Of a DNA stretch of 64,000 nucleotides, positions 11,776 through 24,729 are shown in pieces (position 1 is the first letter of the stretch; every line of letters starts with the position of its first letter). The notes below the pieces were generated by a model, which had not been told where the DNA came from, ran no database searches, and worked only from the letters and a program-made list of their open reading frames with translations. The stretch is taken from positions 22,630,001 through 22,694,000 of the forward strand of contig OY740816.1 of NCBI GenBank assembly GCA_963514005.1, written 5' to 3'. The translations under genes were made by a program, and so were the position numbers. The stretch comes from Raja brachyura (Eukaryota).

Positions 11776-14700
11776 GTGAAGTTTCGGATCGAGTTCAGTT
11801 ACTCAGTCTTTTGTGCCTGATTATTCTTTAACAGATCGTGGTGGGCTGCCTTTTTTAACATCTGTCCTGATGGATTTATCGCCACAGGGTTGGCGGTTTG
11901 AGAATTTGAGCAATACATTTCCAAATCATGTGATACAGAGAAGAACCTGTAGGTGGTGATATTCTCATTAACCAGCTGCCATTATCCCTGGTGAGGAATT
12001 GGAGCTTCGGTCAGAGTAGCCTATATGAGTAGCTGCAGTATATTTTGTAGGTAGTCCACCAGCAGTCGAGACAATCAGTGTGGTTAAAGGATGTCCATTA
12101 GTCTGATGAAGGATCCCAGCCCAAATCCATGTTCTCCAGAGAGGCTGTCTGACCCGCCGAGTTACTCCAGCCCGTTGTGTCTTTTTCTGTCTACCAAGAA
12201 TGCTGCTTTGCATGCCTAGGATATTGTCGAGCTTCATGGGTGTTGCTGGATCTATGCCCATCTGGGCAAAGGAAGAGCACTCATTCATGCTCTTAATTTA
12301 TGCTTTGTAGATGGTAGAATAGCTTTAGACCTCCAATTTAGACATACTATGGTTCATTGAACTGCACCGTAGAATGATTGTTGCAGATGAGTATGTAAGA
12401 TGCCTCACAACGCAAGAGAAGCATGGTACTTCAGTTTCAAATGGAGTTAAAATCAGATGCGTTGACTTACAGTAACTGGTTGTAGAATAGTATAGATAGA
12501 GAACAGGGAGTGGGTAGTCCATGTTCCCTCCAGTTTCTACACTAACAGTAGAGAAACAAAATAATGCAGTAGGACTGGACATCATTTTAATCATCTTCAT
12601 GTGTACAGTCTGTATCAGCCATTTACTCATTCTTTGTGTTATGGGAAGTACTTCAATTATGGGTTGTGGATCATTTTTTTCCTTCCACCGGCCAACCTTT
12701 CAGAGATCCAGAATTGTCATTGTATATGGCATTTGAGGTTACATTTTCAACAAATTCATTTTTTTTTCCTTCTCAACTTACATGGTGTGGGTGAAGTCTG
12801 TCCGCTGTTGAAATGCATAGCTGCAGAACAACTTTACTCTTGCAAGGTAGTACCATGTACACAATTCTCGAAATGTACATGTAGAACAGGAACTATATGT
12901 ATTGCTGCAGTGTTTCCAACCACACTGAAAGTGTTGCCCCACTGTGGTCACACCACCAAGTGCATTGCTGCATTACCCAACCCATATGTGTTATTCACAC
13001 TGTATAAACTGCTGCACCAAGCTAAACCCACTTTATATATATTTATCTGTGCCAGCCACATTGTGCAATGCCCACTCCACTGTGCATACATTGCTGCATA
13101 ACAGCTGTACCATTGTAGGGGTCCCCACTAAGTTGCGACGGTTCTGTTACTGAGAAATGCTCATCACCCAAACAGTTTGCAGGTCAGATTTGTAGCAGCT
13201 CAGCAATGTATTTAAATGAAAACATAGACCATGTAAGGGCATGCGTAGTTAAACCAGGCATTTAACTCAACCACTAAAGGACACAAAGTATTGGAGTAAC
13301 TCGGCGTTCAGGCAGCAACCCTGGAGAACATCGATAGGTGACGTTTCAGGTTGAGACCCTTCATTCAGATCATGCTGAGAACTGAACATCCTAAGTTATA
13401 GAAGCAGAAGTAGGCCATTTGGCTCATCAAGTCTACTCCGCCATTCAATCATGGCTGATCTAGCTTACCCTCTCAACCCCATTCTCCAGCTTTCTCCCCA
13501 TAACGCCTGACATCAGTATTAATCAAGATTTTGATTTTGGGCTCTCGTCATTCACTATCTCAGCCTATTCCATTCAATGGAAATTTGAGTAATTTGGGGG
13601 AAAAATGAGTTATCCATCATTGGATCTGTCTGGGTTAGACCTCACTTAACTGCAAAAGCCGCTGGACATTAGGATTACCTAGAATAAATCCTGGCTTGTT
13701 TCTGCTGCTACCAGTGACATATTTTGCCCCTCTAGTTTTAAGTGATGGGACATAGGGAATTACAGTATAAGATGGCAAAAAGGGACATGAAATTGGCAAG
13801 TTGGGCTGAAGGGCCAGTTTCCACGCTGGATGACTCAAAATGGTCCTGCTCAGCAGATTTTAGGAGAATTCCAAAAGCTTTTATAAATGTATTAGAAACA
13901 AGAAAGAGTAGGCCTCCTCAATCTCCTTTCCCTTCTGAAAGGGAAGTCTGTGTGTGGAGCCAGAAACATGTGTGATGTCCTGAATGAATAATTTGTATCT
14001 GGAAGGAGGGTGGAGAGGTAGGGAAAGTTGTACACTGACAGACTGGAACACGTGTGTCAGTAAAGAGGAAGTGTTCGAGATATTGGTACACATTAAAGTG
14101 GACTAATCCCCTGGGCATGACGAAATCTATCCCGCCGTGTCATAGGAAGCGAGTGAGAAGATTGTTGGGGCCCCGATGGAGATTTTTGTAACATGATGTC
14201 CAAATTTGACAAGGTTTCCGCCTTTGTGTGTGGTTGCACCGTTGTGCAAAGACCCTCTGTATTTTCACTCCCTAGTGTTGAAAAGGGTGGGTCTGTCATG
14301 TTGCAAACAAAATAGTCCCTTTCAGTGACCATGCCATTCCATTTACCTGTCATAGAATACTATCCAGAAGATTACCTTTGGCCACAAGGCAACGATTTGT
14401 ACAAAATGTCATTAAGGCTCACTGGGAAATGGTGCCAATGGTCCTTGTCACATGATTTACTGATAAGACTAACAGATATTTCGCAGAATGTTTTAATCAG
14501 AAATCCCCATTACATTCTTCTTGTACAGCTGGAGTGTTGCCATAGAGGTGGCTACTCTGGGAATAAGTCATTTTTTTGATGAATGCTTGTTTGCCATGAA
14601 AGTCTGCAAAGAGATTCATTTGTCTTGGTCGAAATTCATCCAAGGTGCACAGTGCAAAACTCTGTTCTATGGATTGATATGAGAGACTCACAAGGAGGGC

Positions 14701-14814
14701 AAATATCAACTGTTATCGGAAGGACATCAACTCTGTGATTGATGTCCTCTGGTCGGCCTGTATCCTAGTGATCTTTCAGTGACACGAGCTGTCCCCAAAT
14801 GCCTCACTTTCAGG

Positions 14815-15140
14815 TATAGGAAGGGACTGCAGATGCTGGTTTACACTGAAGATAGACACAATATGCGGGAGTAACTCAGCGGGACAGGCAACATGTTTAA
14901 GAAGGAACTGCAGATGCTGGAAAATCGAAGGTAGACAAAAGTGCTGGAGAAACTCAGCGGGTGCAACAGCATCTATGGAGCGAAGGAAATAGGCAATGTT
15001 TTGGGCCAAAACCCTTCTTCAGGCAACATCTCTGGATAGAAGGAATGGGTGAAGTTTTGGAAAAGTCTCGACCCGAAACGTCACCCATTCCTTCTATCCA
15101 GAGATGCTTCCTGTCCCGCTGAGTTATTCCAGCATTTTGT
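14815..15140. mobile_element. Nested or inverted Penelope pLTR fragments
   Basis: gaactgcagatgctgg...gaaactcagcggg modules with partial hammerhead motifs on both strands. Confidence 0.7.
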
Positions 15141-15295
15141 GGCTTGCCTCACTTTAAGGTTCAGGGCTGCATACAGAGGGATATGCTGAAGCTTGGTGTA
15201 AGCATTCCACAGGCTTTGTAGATAATGGTCACAGTTTACAGCTTTCTTGCCATTGCAAATTGGGGTTAGGACCTGTATCAAGAAAAACCTTGAAA

Positions 15296-16498
15296 AGCCA
15301 TAACAGATCAACGGTGGATGTGATCTCACTGGCTCTCCACTCCGCTCTGGACCACTTGGACAACAAAAACTCATATGTCAGGCTGTTATTCATTGACTAC
15401 AGCTCGGCATTTAATACAATCATCTCCTCCAAGCTGGTTACCAAGCTCTCAGATCTGGGTCTCTGCGCATCCCTCTGCAATTGGGTCCTCGACTTCCTCA
15501 TCCACAGACGTCCGTATTGGTGGAAATGTGTCATCCTCGATACCAATCAGCACCGGAGCACATCAAGGCTGCGTGCTCAGCCCTCTGCTTTACTCACTTT
15601 ATACTCATGACTGTGTAGCCGGACATAGTGCGAACCCCATCATCAAGTTCGTCGACCACACCACTGTTGTGGGACGAATCACTGATGGGGACAAATCGGA
15701 GTATAGAAGTGAGATCGACCGATTGACCAAATGGTGCCCACACAATAAACTGACTCTCAACACCAGCAAAACCAAGGAACTGATTGTGGACTTTGGAAGG
15801 GGTAGGATAGGGACCCACAATCCCGTTTATATCCCGTTTATGGTGGAAAGAGTCAAGAACTTCAAATTCCTGGGCGTGCGCATTTCTGAAGATCTTTCCT
15901 GGTCCCTGCACAATGACGCAATTATAAAGAAAGCACATCAGTACCTATACTTCCTAAGAAGATTACGGAGAGTCGGTATGTCAAAGAGGACTCTCTCGAA
16001 CCTCTACAGGTGCACAGTAGAGAGCATGCTGGCTGGTAGCATTGTGGCTTGGTTCGGCAACTTGGACGTCCAGGAGCGGAAAATAATGCAGAAAGTTGTG
16101 ACCACTGCCCAGTCCATCATCGGCTCTGACCTCGAAGGGATCTATCGCAGTCGCTGCCTCAAAAAGGCTGCCAACATCATCAAGGACCCACACCATCCTG
16201 GCCATGCACTCATCTATCGGCTTCCATTGGGTAGAAGGTACAGGAGCCTGACGTCTGGTACATCCAGGTCCAAGAACAGCTTTTTCCCCACTGCTATTAA
16301 ACTCGCCAACAAACAGACTCTGAACTATAACAGCCTATTGCACCGTATCTGTTTATTTATGTGTATATGTGTGGTCTATGCTATATAGACACACTGAACT
16401 GTTCTGTATTAATGCTTACAATATTCTGTTGTGCTGCAGCAAGCAAGAATTTCATTGTCCTATCTGGGACACATGACAATAAACTCTTGACTTGACTA
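15296..16498 (+). mobile_element. 5'-truncated Rex1/Babar-type LINE (RT C-terminal half plus 3' UTR)
   Basis: [35 protein letters not shown] (degenerate FADD), [21 protein letters not shown]; tail aataaactc(ttgac)n. Confidence 0.9.
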
Positions 16499-16693
16499 TT
16501 TGCTCAAGTAATGTATGCAACATAAAATTTATGTCATCCTGACAGAATGTAAATAGACTGATGGGGCCTGATATGAAGAAAAAGTGACAAATGAATATGC
16601 TGCATAATATCTGTTTGCAAATTGTAAGATTTAAGTCACACTTTAAAAATTAAAAATAAAGAACTAAGTGACATAGCAGTAGAGCTACTGCCT

Positions 16694-16745
16694 GGGGTTA
16701 AGGAAAGAGCGTTCACGTCGCGGCCCTGTTTTCACCAATCTTTCC
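16694..16745 (+). ncRNA. Minimal HDV-like self-cleaving ribozyme (predicted)
   Basis: GGGGUU aa GGAAAGA GCG UUCACGU CGC GGCCCU GUUUUCA CCAA UCUUUCC: P1 6 bp with G1-U, P2 7 bp perfect, P3 3 bp, same L3 as the 10249-10302 copy, J4/2 CCAA. Confidence 0.85.
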
Positions 16746-16862
16746 ACCACCACGTACAAGAAGCGCAAGACAGACACCATTGTATGCAGATGACGAGAAG
16801 TGTGTTCAACTCTGGCTGAACGACTTCTAATCTTGTGTGTGGACTCGATAAGAAGAAGAAGA
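16694..16862 (+). mobile_element. Short (169 bp) non-autonomous retroposon with a 5' HDV-like ribozyme and (AAG)n tail
   Basis: 11-bp TSD AGCTACTGCCT at 16683-16693 and 16863-16873. Tail aagaagaagaag. No tRNA A/B boxes. Confidence 0.85.
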
Positions 16863-19324
16863 AGCTACTGCCTTACAATGCCAAAGACCCAGGTTCGATC
16901 CTGACTGTATGGAGTTTGTACGTTCTCACAGTGACCTGCGGGATTTTCTCAGAGATCTTCAGATTCTTCCCGCTCTCCAAAGACGTACGGGTTTGTAGGT
17001 TAATTGGCTGGATATGAATGTATAAATGTAAAATTGTCACTAATGTGTGTAGGGTAGTGTTAATGCACGAGGACACTGGTCAGTGTGGACTCGGTGGGCC
17101 GAAGAGCCTGTTTCCATGCTGTATCTCCAAACTAAACTAAACACTTAACAACTGTTGACAAGAAACCATAACAGTGAAGGAATGATAACTCTTTAAAGTA
17201 TGTTAGTTGGTTACCATCACTTAAACATGAAATACTATTTCACTCCATTTTTTACGTTGTTTACTTAGCAATCACTCCAGCAGCTTTAAGCGGTTTGACT
17301 TTTCCAGAAACTGTAATAGTTTATTGCAGGACTAAAATTAGCTTTAATATAACTTGCATGGTGCAACGCCCAAACCACTTTCATTAACATGCTGTTTTTC
17401 AAAAATTGTGATAAAAATCAATCTTTGAATCTTAACATAAACTCATAGTCAACAACCCTATACCACAGCAATGTAAGAATTAGATTTTATATTTCCTCAG
17501 ACAAAATGAAAATGCAGTTGTGGGTATGCTTTGATATTAACAAGGTAAAGGATGTATGTTTGGGAGGCTGAAATGTTTTCTATTCTTTGCCTCAATTTCT
17601 TGATTCTAGGTCATCCACACGAATAGTCTAGTTTAGCATCTAATTTTATTATTACCACTCAGTTAAACACCTCTGGTCAGATAGAGCATAGGTACTGGGC
17701 AAAGACGGCTTTACTTAGCACCAGCACTATGTCTTAACCTCCAGTTTCAGAAGCGCACCCACATCCTTCAGTCCAACATTCCCATCTTCAACACAAATCA
17801 TCCTTTCAGATGTTTCTGGCTAGATATTGTGCTTAATTGTTTAATGCTAAAAAGTTAATTATGCCTTGTCTCGTTAAGTGGTAGAAAAGCACAGAACCAA
17901 ATGTTGAAACGCAGATGAAATAGGATGGGCGTTGGTTCATTTGGTGCAGAAGCAACCACAAAATCTATCTACTCTGCACTATAATTACTTGTATATGTAA
18001 TTCAAAGAAACTTCAAAACTTTCCAGTCAGCAGAGAGTGAAGAGTTGTACTATATATCAAAGATGATTCAAATTAGGATCCCAGGGATTAAATGAGTGAA
18101 TTAATTAGAATTATTAAACTAAATTATTTGCAGGGAATTGTTCAGTTACATTATGGACTCATAAGTTTGGCTTTTATGGAGACCTATCCTCAAAACTCAA
18201 GACTGTACATGTCTACTACCTTTGTGCTGCAGGAATTTTTAGATGCGAATAGTCAATGTGCATGACCCCTAATTATTTCTTAAGAGAATTGTAAAGCTTT
18301 GATCTGGCTGTGACTTTAATTGAAATATTCATCTCTTATTGCACCAGGCCCTACAACTGGCTTAGGAGTGTTAAATGATTGTAATATCTAACAACCATAT
18401 CACATCCTTTGTTATAGTCCAGTTACATCTAACTGTTTAGTTTTTTGATTGAGCTTTATTGATATTGTTCATTAGTAGTTCATAGGAACCACTAAGAAGA
18501 TGAATGGAAGATAAATAAACTTCTTGTTTATCTTGTACAAAAATACCGTCCATATTTCTGTAATCTTTCCCTTTGAAGATAGCACTAAAGAAATGTAGCT
18601 TGTGGATGCAGAAGAACACAAGACAATCGGAGTAGGAATAGGCTCTGGCTCATCAAACCTGCACTGCCATTTACAAGGATCATGATTGAGATATGGAGTT
18701 TACTTTATGGTTAATCTGCTCCAGGCTACAACTACTCTTCTGTACCTGTTCCCCATTGCCCTTGATTCTATTATCTTTCAAAGATAAACACTACCTCTAA
18801 TACATCCAATAACCCAGACTCCACAACCCCTGTATGTGAAAAGAAATTTCTACATACTGTAGCTCAATTTCAAATGCTCACCACCCCATTAGAACTGTGT
18901 CCCCTAATTTGAAACATTTCCGCGAGTTAAGTCATCTCAACATCTACCCTGGTTATGGCTTGGATAATATAACATAATCTGATAGTTTGGCAGGTACATC
19001 CTCTTCTCCAACTTGCAGATGCGATACCCAATAAGCATTCCACCAGAATAGCTTTGTACACATGTCACTTCTCCCCTAATACGATAGAACTTTATTTATC
19101 CCAGGAGGGAAATTGATCTGCCAATAGTCATTAAAACACAAATACGTGAAACATGAAATTTTCAAAACGCATGCGCGACATATCGTCGAACGCATTGCGA
19201 AGCGACAGGCAGGCGGAGCGTCGCTCCTCCAACATAAGTTTAAAAACGGCCCGCAGGTAAGTATTTACCATTCCCGAGGTCGTTGTCGGCTCTGTTAAGT
19301 ATTTTCCTTACAGAGCACACCAAG

Positions 19325-20567
19325 ATGGAATCGAGGACGAAGTCTAAACGCGCCGCTGCCAAACTAGCTGCCGAGGACCACGAAGCGGGCAGCCAGCAAC
19401 GGTCGAGATCTCCAGAGCTGCTGATTCAAACCGCATCCCCCGACTTCACACTGTTACAGCCCGCAGGTGCTCTTCGGACTGGCGGCAAAACCACCCCGGA
19501 GGTCGGGCAGGTCCGTTGACTCGGCTGGGTCCGGACTGGAGGACACCCCACTGGCGGGAAGCGACAGCGGTCGATTATCCCGCATGGAGCACATGGTGGA
19601 ACAGTTGCTCCAACGTGACCTGCTACAGCAGGGGTATGGTCACAGTGGGTCTCCTTGCAGACCCACGGCAGCACCCTTTACAGGGCTGCCAAATGTCTCA
19701 CCCTCTTCACAGGGGAGCATAAGGAGTCAGAACTGGGCTGACGCTGAAGAGGGGAGTGTAGCTGAAGAAACACCAATGCCAGGGGTGCCAGAAGAGGAGC
19801 TACAGGGCATGGTATCAAAATTTGCGATGCCTACCCAAAAAGGACTGCCGTTGTAGCCGAAGTTGGCAGCCAGTATAAACTACATGGCAACGAATCAACT
19901 TCAGGAACATGTCATTAATAACACCGCAGCCAAATACCTAGCTCCTGAGAATTATGTCTCCCTCAACGTGCCTGCAGTCAAGAACCCCATCTGGGGTAAC
20001 ATGAGCCCTGGCATCAGAAGCCAGGGAATAAAACTCCAAAAAATCCTAAAACTACTGGCTTCTGGGATTACGGCCATTGCCAGGTCAGTGGATGGAGTGG
20101 AGATGTCGGAAGAGCTACAGGATGCTGTGGCACTCCTCTGTAACACTCAGTTTGCGATCAACTGTTACAGAAAGAGCGTCATCCGACCTGCACTGAACCC
20201 CAAGTTCGCGGGGTTGTGCAGACCCAGCAGTGCACAGCCGCCTACACTACTATTCGAAGACAAACTGCCTAAGCAGGTAAATGACCTCAATGAAGAGGCA
20301 AAGGCAATAGGCATGATAAAAGTGCCGGCTGCCACCAAGTCCTCATACCTGCAGCGACAGCACCCCTATGCATCCACCAGCAGACCACGCTACCACAACG
20401 ACAGAACACCTGCTGGTGAAAGCTCGAAGGCCGTACAACCTGCCCAACGGTCTTTTTTAGACCATGCCCCAGCACGGCCTTCCTGGAAGATGCGCCACCC
20501 CCACACCACAGCGCCTCCACCTCCCAGGAAACAAGGACAGAGGAAACCAACGCAGCACCGCCGGTAA
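19325..20567 (+). pseudogene. DIRS gag-like ORF1 (frameshift and stop)
   Basis: ATG in Kozak context at 19325; ORF pieces 19283-19519, 19467-19856 and 19863-20567; position immediately before the RT. Confidence 0.7.
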
Positions 20568-20569
20568 CC

Positions 20570-22477
20570 ATGGAGGTAGGTGGGTCTGGTTGCCTCAGGA
20601 ACATTGCATGTTTAACTTTTTCACGGATTGGGGGACGGTTGCACTTGTTTCGGGATGCATGGAGTTCTATAACTTCTAATCCTTTCATACTGCGAAGTAT
20701 TCAGGGATACAAAATTGAATTTGGTCACAAGCTTTCCCTACCTGTTCAGCATGCACCTAATCGAAAGTTTGTACTTTCACAGAAAGAAAAGATAGAAGGT
20801 CATGCTGAACTCTTAAGACTACATACGAAAGGGGTCATTGAGAAAACCAAAAATGAATCTCATGAGTTTGTATCGAACATCTTTACCAAAAATAAAAAAG
20901 ACGGCGGATGCCGTATCATTATTGATTTGACACAACTGAATACTTTCGTGCAGTACGCCCACTTCAAAATGGAAACTTTTGTTACTACCAAACAACTAGT
21001 TTCCAAGAGGTACTTCAAGGCTTGCATCGATCTAAAAGATGCATACTATTCAGTACCAATAGAGAAAGGTCATCGCAGATATTTGAAATTTGCCTGGATG
21101 CGGCAGCTCTGGCAGTATAAAGCGCTGCCTAATGGATTAACATCAGCACCCAGACTGTTTACCAAATTATTGAAACCAGCTTTAGCGTGTCTCAGAAAAC
21201 AAAAACATATTGTTATGGCATACCTCAATGACATTTTTAATCGTGGGGAAAACCTTGGAGTTGGCCAAGTTGGCTGTCTCAGCCACTGAGCACTTATTTC
21301 AAAAACTGGGGTTTATCATCCGTCCAGACAAATCCACATTAATGCATTCTACCACTATGGACTATTTGGGATTCACGATTGACTTTGTTCATATGTCTGT
21401 CACTTTGCCACTGAACAAAGCGTCAGACTTGATAGAAGCATGTAACAGCCTTGCTGGCATCAGTAAATCATCTATTCAGCAAGTAGCCAGGGTAATTGGG
21501 AAGCTTGTGGCTGCCTTTCCAGCCACACAATTTGGGCTCTTGCATTACCAAAACCTACAAAGAGCAAAAATTGCAGCAGTCAAACACCATGCTGGCCATT
21601 TTGACAGGCCAACGCAATTACCAGCAAAAGCAAAATTGGAATTACAATGGTGGATAGACAATGCTCGACATTGCTCTAATCCCATTACAATCACAAACCC
21701 CTCAGTTATATTACAAACTGACGCCAGCGCTCAAGGCTGTGGAGCAACTAATACCACCTCCAGTTGCGGTGGTAGATGGAATGTACATGAATTAACCTTA
21801 CTCCCGGCACTGGGAATTAATCATCTAGAAATGCTGGGAGCATTTCATGGACTCCGGGCTTACTGTTCGGACATGCACCATCTGCATGTACGCCTACAAA
21901 TTGATAATACCACTGTGGTGGCTTACATCAATCATATGGGTGGAATTAAGTCGATATCTTGTAATGAATTGGTCAATACAATCTGGCTCTGGTGCTTAGA
22001 AAGGAACATTTGGATATCAGCCACTTACCTTCCGGGTAAACGCAGGTTTAATGACAACACCGAATGGATGTTGGACCATAAAGTGTTTGCCGATATCGTA
22101 GCTCGGTATGGAACACCAGATATCGACCTTTTGCATCCAGACTCAATCACCAAATACCAACATATGTTCCATGGGAACCAGACCCTGGGGCAGTAGCGAT
22201 GGACACTTTCTCGCTACACTGGGGGGATTTGTTTTTCTATGCATTTCCCCCCTTCTGCCTCATCAGTCGGGTCTTGCAGAAAATTCATCAAGACTCCACA
22301 TCGGGTATTCTGGTTGTACACGGCTGGCCTACTCGGCCATGGTTCCCTGTGGTACGGGACATGGCCTCAGAACCATGCATTCCAATACCCAAACGTCCGG
22401 GTTTACTGGTACATCCTGTGACAGGGGAGAGTCACCCGTGCCATGACCGGATTAACCTATTGGTTTGCAGGGTTTGA
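20570..22477 (+). pseudogene. DIRS RT / RNase H / adenine-methyltransferase-like ORF (frameshifted)
   Basis: GGRL..F...W, KKDGGCRIIIDL, HFKMET, IDLKDAYYSVP, LPNGLTSAPRLFTK, YLND (YLDD), TDAS, INHLEM, DNTTVVAYINHMGG, YAFPPF. Confidence 0.92.
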
Positions 22478-23457
22478 AAAGGCCACTCCTGGAATTTGGA
22501 CTTTCGGACCGAACAATGAATATCATCACGGCATCGTGCAGGGAGTCCACCAGGAAACAATACCTCACTTACGTCAAGAACTGGGAGGTGTTTTGTACCA
22601 AGACAAACACCACATAGGACACAGCCACCATTACGGAAGTGCTGGAGTTCCTGGCGAGCCTTCATTTTGATTAAGGTTTAAGCTACAGTGCCATCAACTG
22701 TGCCAGGAGTGCCCTATCCTCATATCTCGGACTAGGTTTATATCATCTTGCAGTTGGGTCTCACCCCTTGGTGTCTAAACTTATGACGGGTATTTTCAAC
22801 TCAAATCCCCCCAGGCATAGATATTCCCAGACCTGGGATATTGGCATTGTGTTAACCATGCCCCGAGGGTGGGCACCAGTAACGTCTCTTTCCTTAGCCA
22901 AATTGACATATAAAATGGTAATGCTGATGGCACTTGTGACGGCGCAACGGGTCCAGTCCCTACACAAGCTAAGTATGGACGCCGTGGTTATAACCAACAA
23001 TAAGGTAACTTTCTTCATTCAGGGGTTACTCAAACAAAACAGACCTGGATCATCTGGCCGCAAGTTGGATTTCCTGGCTTACCCCACAGACAGCCGCCTA
23101 TGCATAGCGACCCACCTTTTACACTACCTGGAGGTCACCAAGTGTCCCAGGGGCACGGAAAGGACTCTGCTTATAAGTCACAAACGTCCTCATCACAGAG
23201 TCACCGTGCAAACTATTTCAAGATGGCTTAGGGTGGTATTGGGTGCAGCGGGGGTGGACACTGATGTTTTTAAATCTCACTCCACCAGGACTGCATCTAC
23301 ATCGGCGGCAAGGATGATGGAAGTTCCTATGGACCACATCTTTGCAACGGCGGGTTGGTCTAATGAGAAAACCTTTCAGCGGTTCTATTATTATTGTTAT
23401 TTGTTAAATAAATACCCTCTTGTTTTTCAGCACAGTTTCATGTCTGAAATATGTTAA
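22478..23457 (+). pseudogene. DIRS tyrosine recombinase ORF (premature stop near 22672)
   Basis: LVTAQR, TISRWL, HSTR, AGWS...FQRFY catalytic motifs. Confidence 0.9.
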
Positions 23458-23865
23458 CATACTTCCTCCATTTATCATTATGGCAGTGTGTGAGCATGGA
23501 CTCGTTCCAGGGCATGAAATCACAGAACTTTGAAATCTTCACATAGTCACTCACGTGACTCCGAAGTAAAATAGTAAAATTAAATGAGAACTTACCAGTT
23601 TGAAGTTTGATCTTTATTTTATTTGGAGATACGATGAGGGATTACGTGCTCTCCGCTCCCAAACCCTCTATTATAAAGGTCAACTGGTATGCTGGTTCTC
23701 TTATCTTACTATCTTAGTTAACTTTATTATCTGTGATTTCAACCGCTGCTTTGAAGAATGTCGCACATGTGTGCTGGCGAGTTCTTCACATAATCCCTCA
23801 TTGTAACTCCTCATAAAATAAAGATCAAACTTCAAACTGGTAAGTTCTCATTTAATCTTACTATT

Positions 23866-24095
23866 AAAGTGACGAGTGGAAAGGCTTGGGGGATGTGCAA
23901 AGATCGGGGAGAGGAATCAGTCTCAGTCTATCCCACGACAGAAGGGGGAGGAGTTGCACAGTTTGATAACCACAGGGAAGAAGGATCTCCTGTGGCATTT
24001 TGTCCTGCATCTCAGTGGAACCAGTCTGTTGCTGAAGGTACTCCTTAGGTTGACCAGTGCGTCATGGATGGGATGAGATGTATTGTCCAGGATGT
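23866..24095 (-). mobile_element. Rex/RTE-type LINE 3' fragment split by the DIRS (other part at 19081-19160)
   Basis: Minus-strand remnant ...STFSNRLVPLRCRTKCHRRSFFPVVIKL. The 3' UTR appears to continue on the left side of the DIRS. Confidence 0.7.
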
Positions 24096-24729
24096 AGCAC
24101 TATATATTGTTCAGGACTACAGCAGTACCTTACAGTCATACACTTACAAAATAGGTTACAGATGTACAACATCCTATGGGATATTATTACTTTCATTCTT
24201 CAGTTACTCCTCATGCAGTGAAGATTGTTACCCAACACTGTGTGGTATTTGCAACACTCTGGTTATCTACCAAATTGGTCAAACTATTGGAATCACTCTA
24301 TGATGACTAGGAGTAACATGACTCTTTGACTTTAATTCTTAGACCTGGCAATGGAGATTAATGTTGTTCAGCTTAGATTTACAAAGCACAGGCAAGGATT
24401 TACACTATTATAGATAGTCTTGGTTTGGATGATTTGGACTTGCATTTAGGGTGCATTAACCAATTTTGGCAATTGGGAGGAGTCCTGGGAGAAATATACA
24501 GCTCTGTGGCAATGTTAATTTGAGGTTGGGCATAATTTTTAAATTACTATTTCCTTGTTGTTGATACATTTTAAATTATATTTAAGGAAGCAAAAATCTA
24601 AATGGATGGTTACGCTTTCTTGGCAATGAAAATATATTTGATATAGAACAAAAGCATTCTATTGATAATGCCAGTTGTCCAATGTCCAAGGTGAAACAGA
24701 CACAACAAGAGTTAAAAGAGTATGTATAG

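Larger units (their letters stand above)
16666..17140 (+). mobile_element. HE1-like tRNA-derived V-SINE, interrupted by a ribozyme-headed retroposon
   Basis: A-box-like head, B-box ggttcgatcc, V-domain ggagtttgtacgttctc..., CR1-like tail ending (ctaaa)n. Confidence 0.8.
19161..23865 (+). mobile_element. Full-length, decayed DIRS-type tyrosine-recombinase retrotransposon
   Basis: gag-like, RT, RNase H, methyltransferase-like and YR ORFs in DIRS order. Complex inverted repeats at the 3' end. ATT at both junctions. Splits an older LINE 3' fragment. Confidence 0.93.

Noticed and set aside
12601-13101. 166-aa Cys/His-rich ORF
   Set aside because: No recognisable domain, cysteine spacing or splice structure; probably a chance ORF in TG/CA-rich old repeat sequence.
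22199-22477. Host or horizontally acquired DNA adenine methyltransferase gene
   Set aside because: It is the usual methyltransferase-like domain of DIRS elements and lies in a frameshifted ORF.
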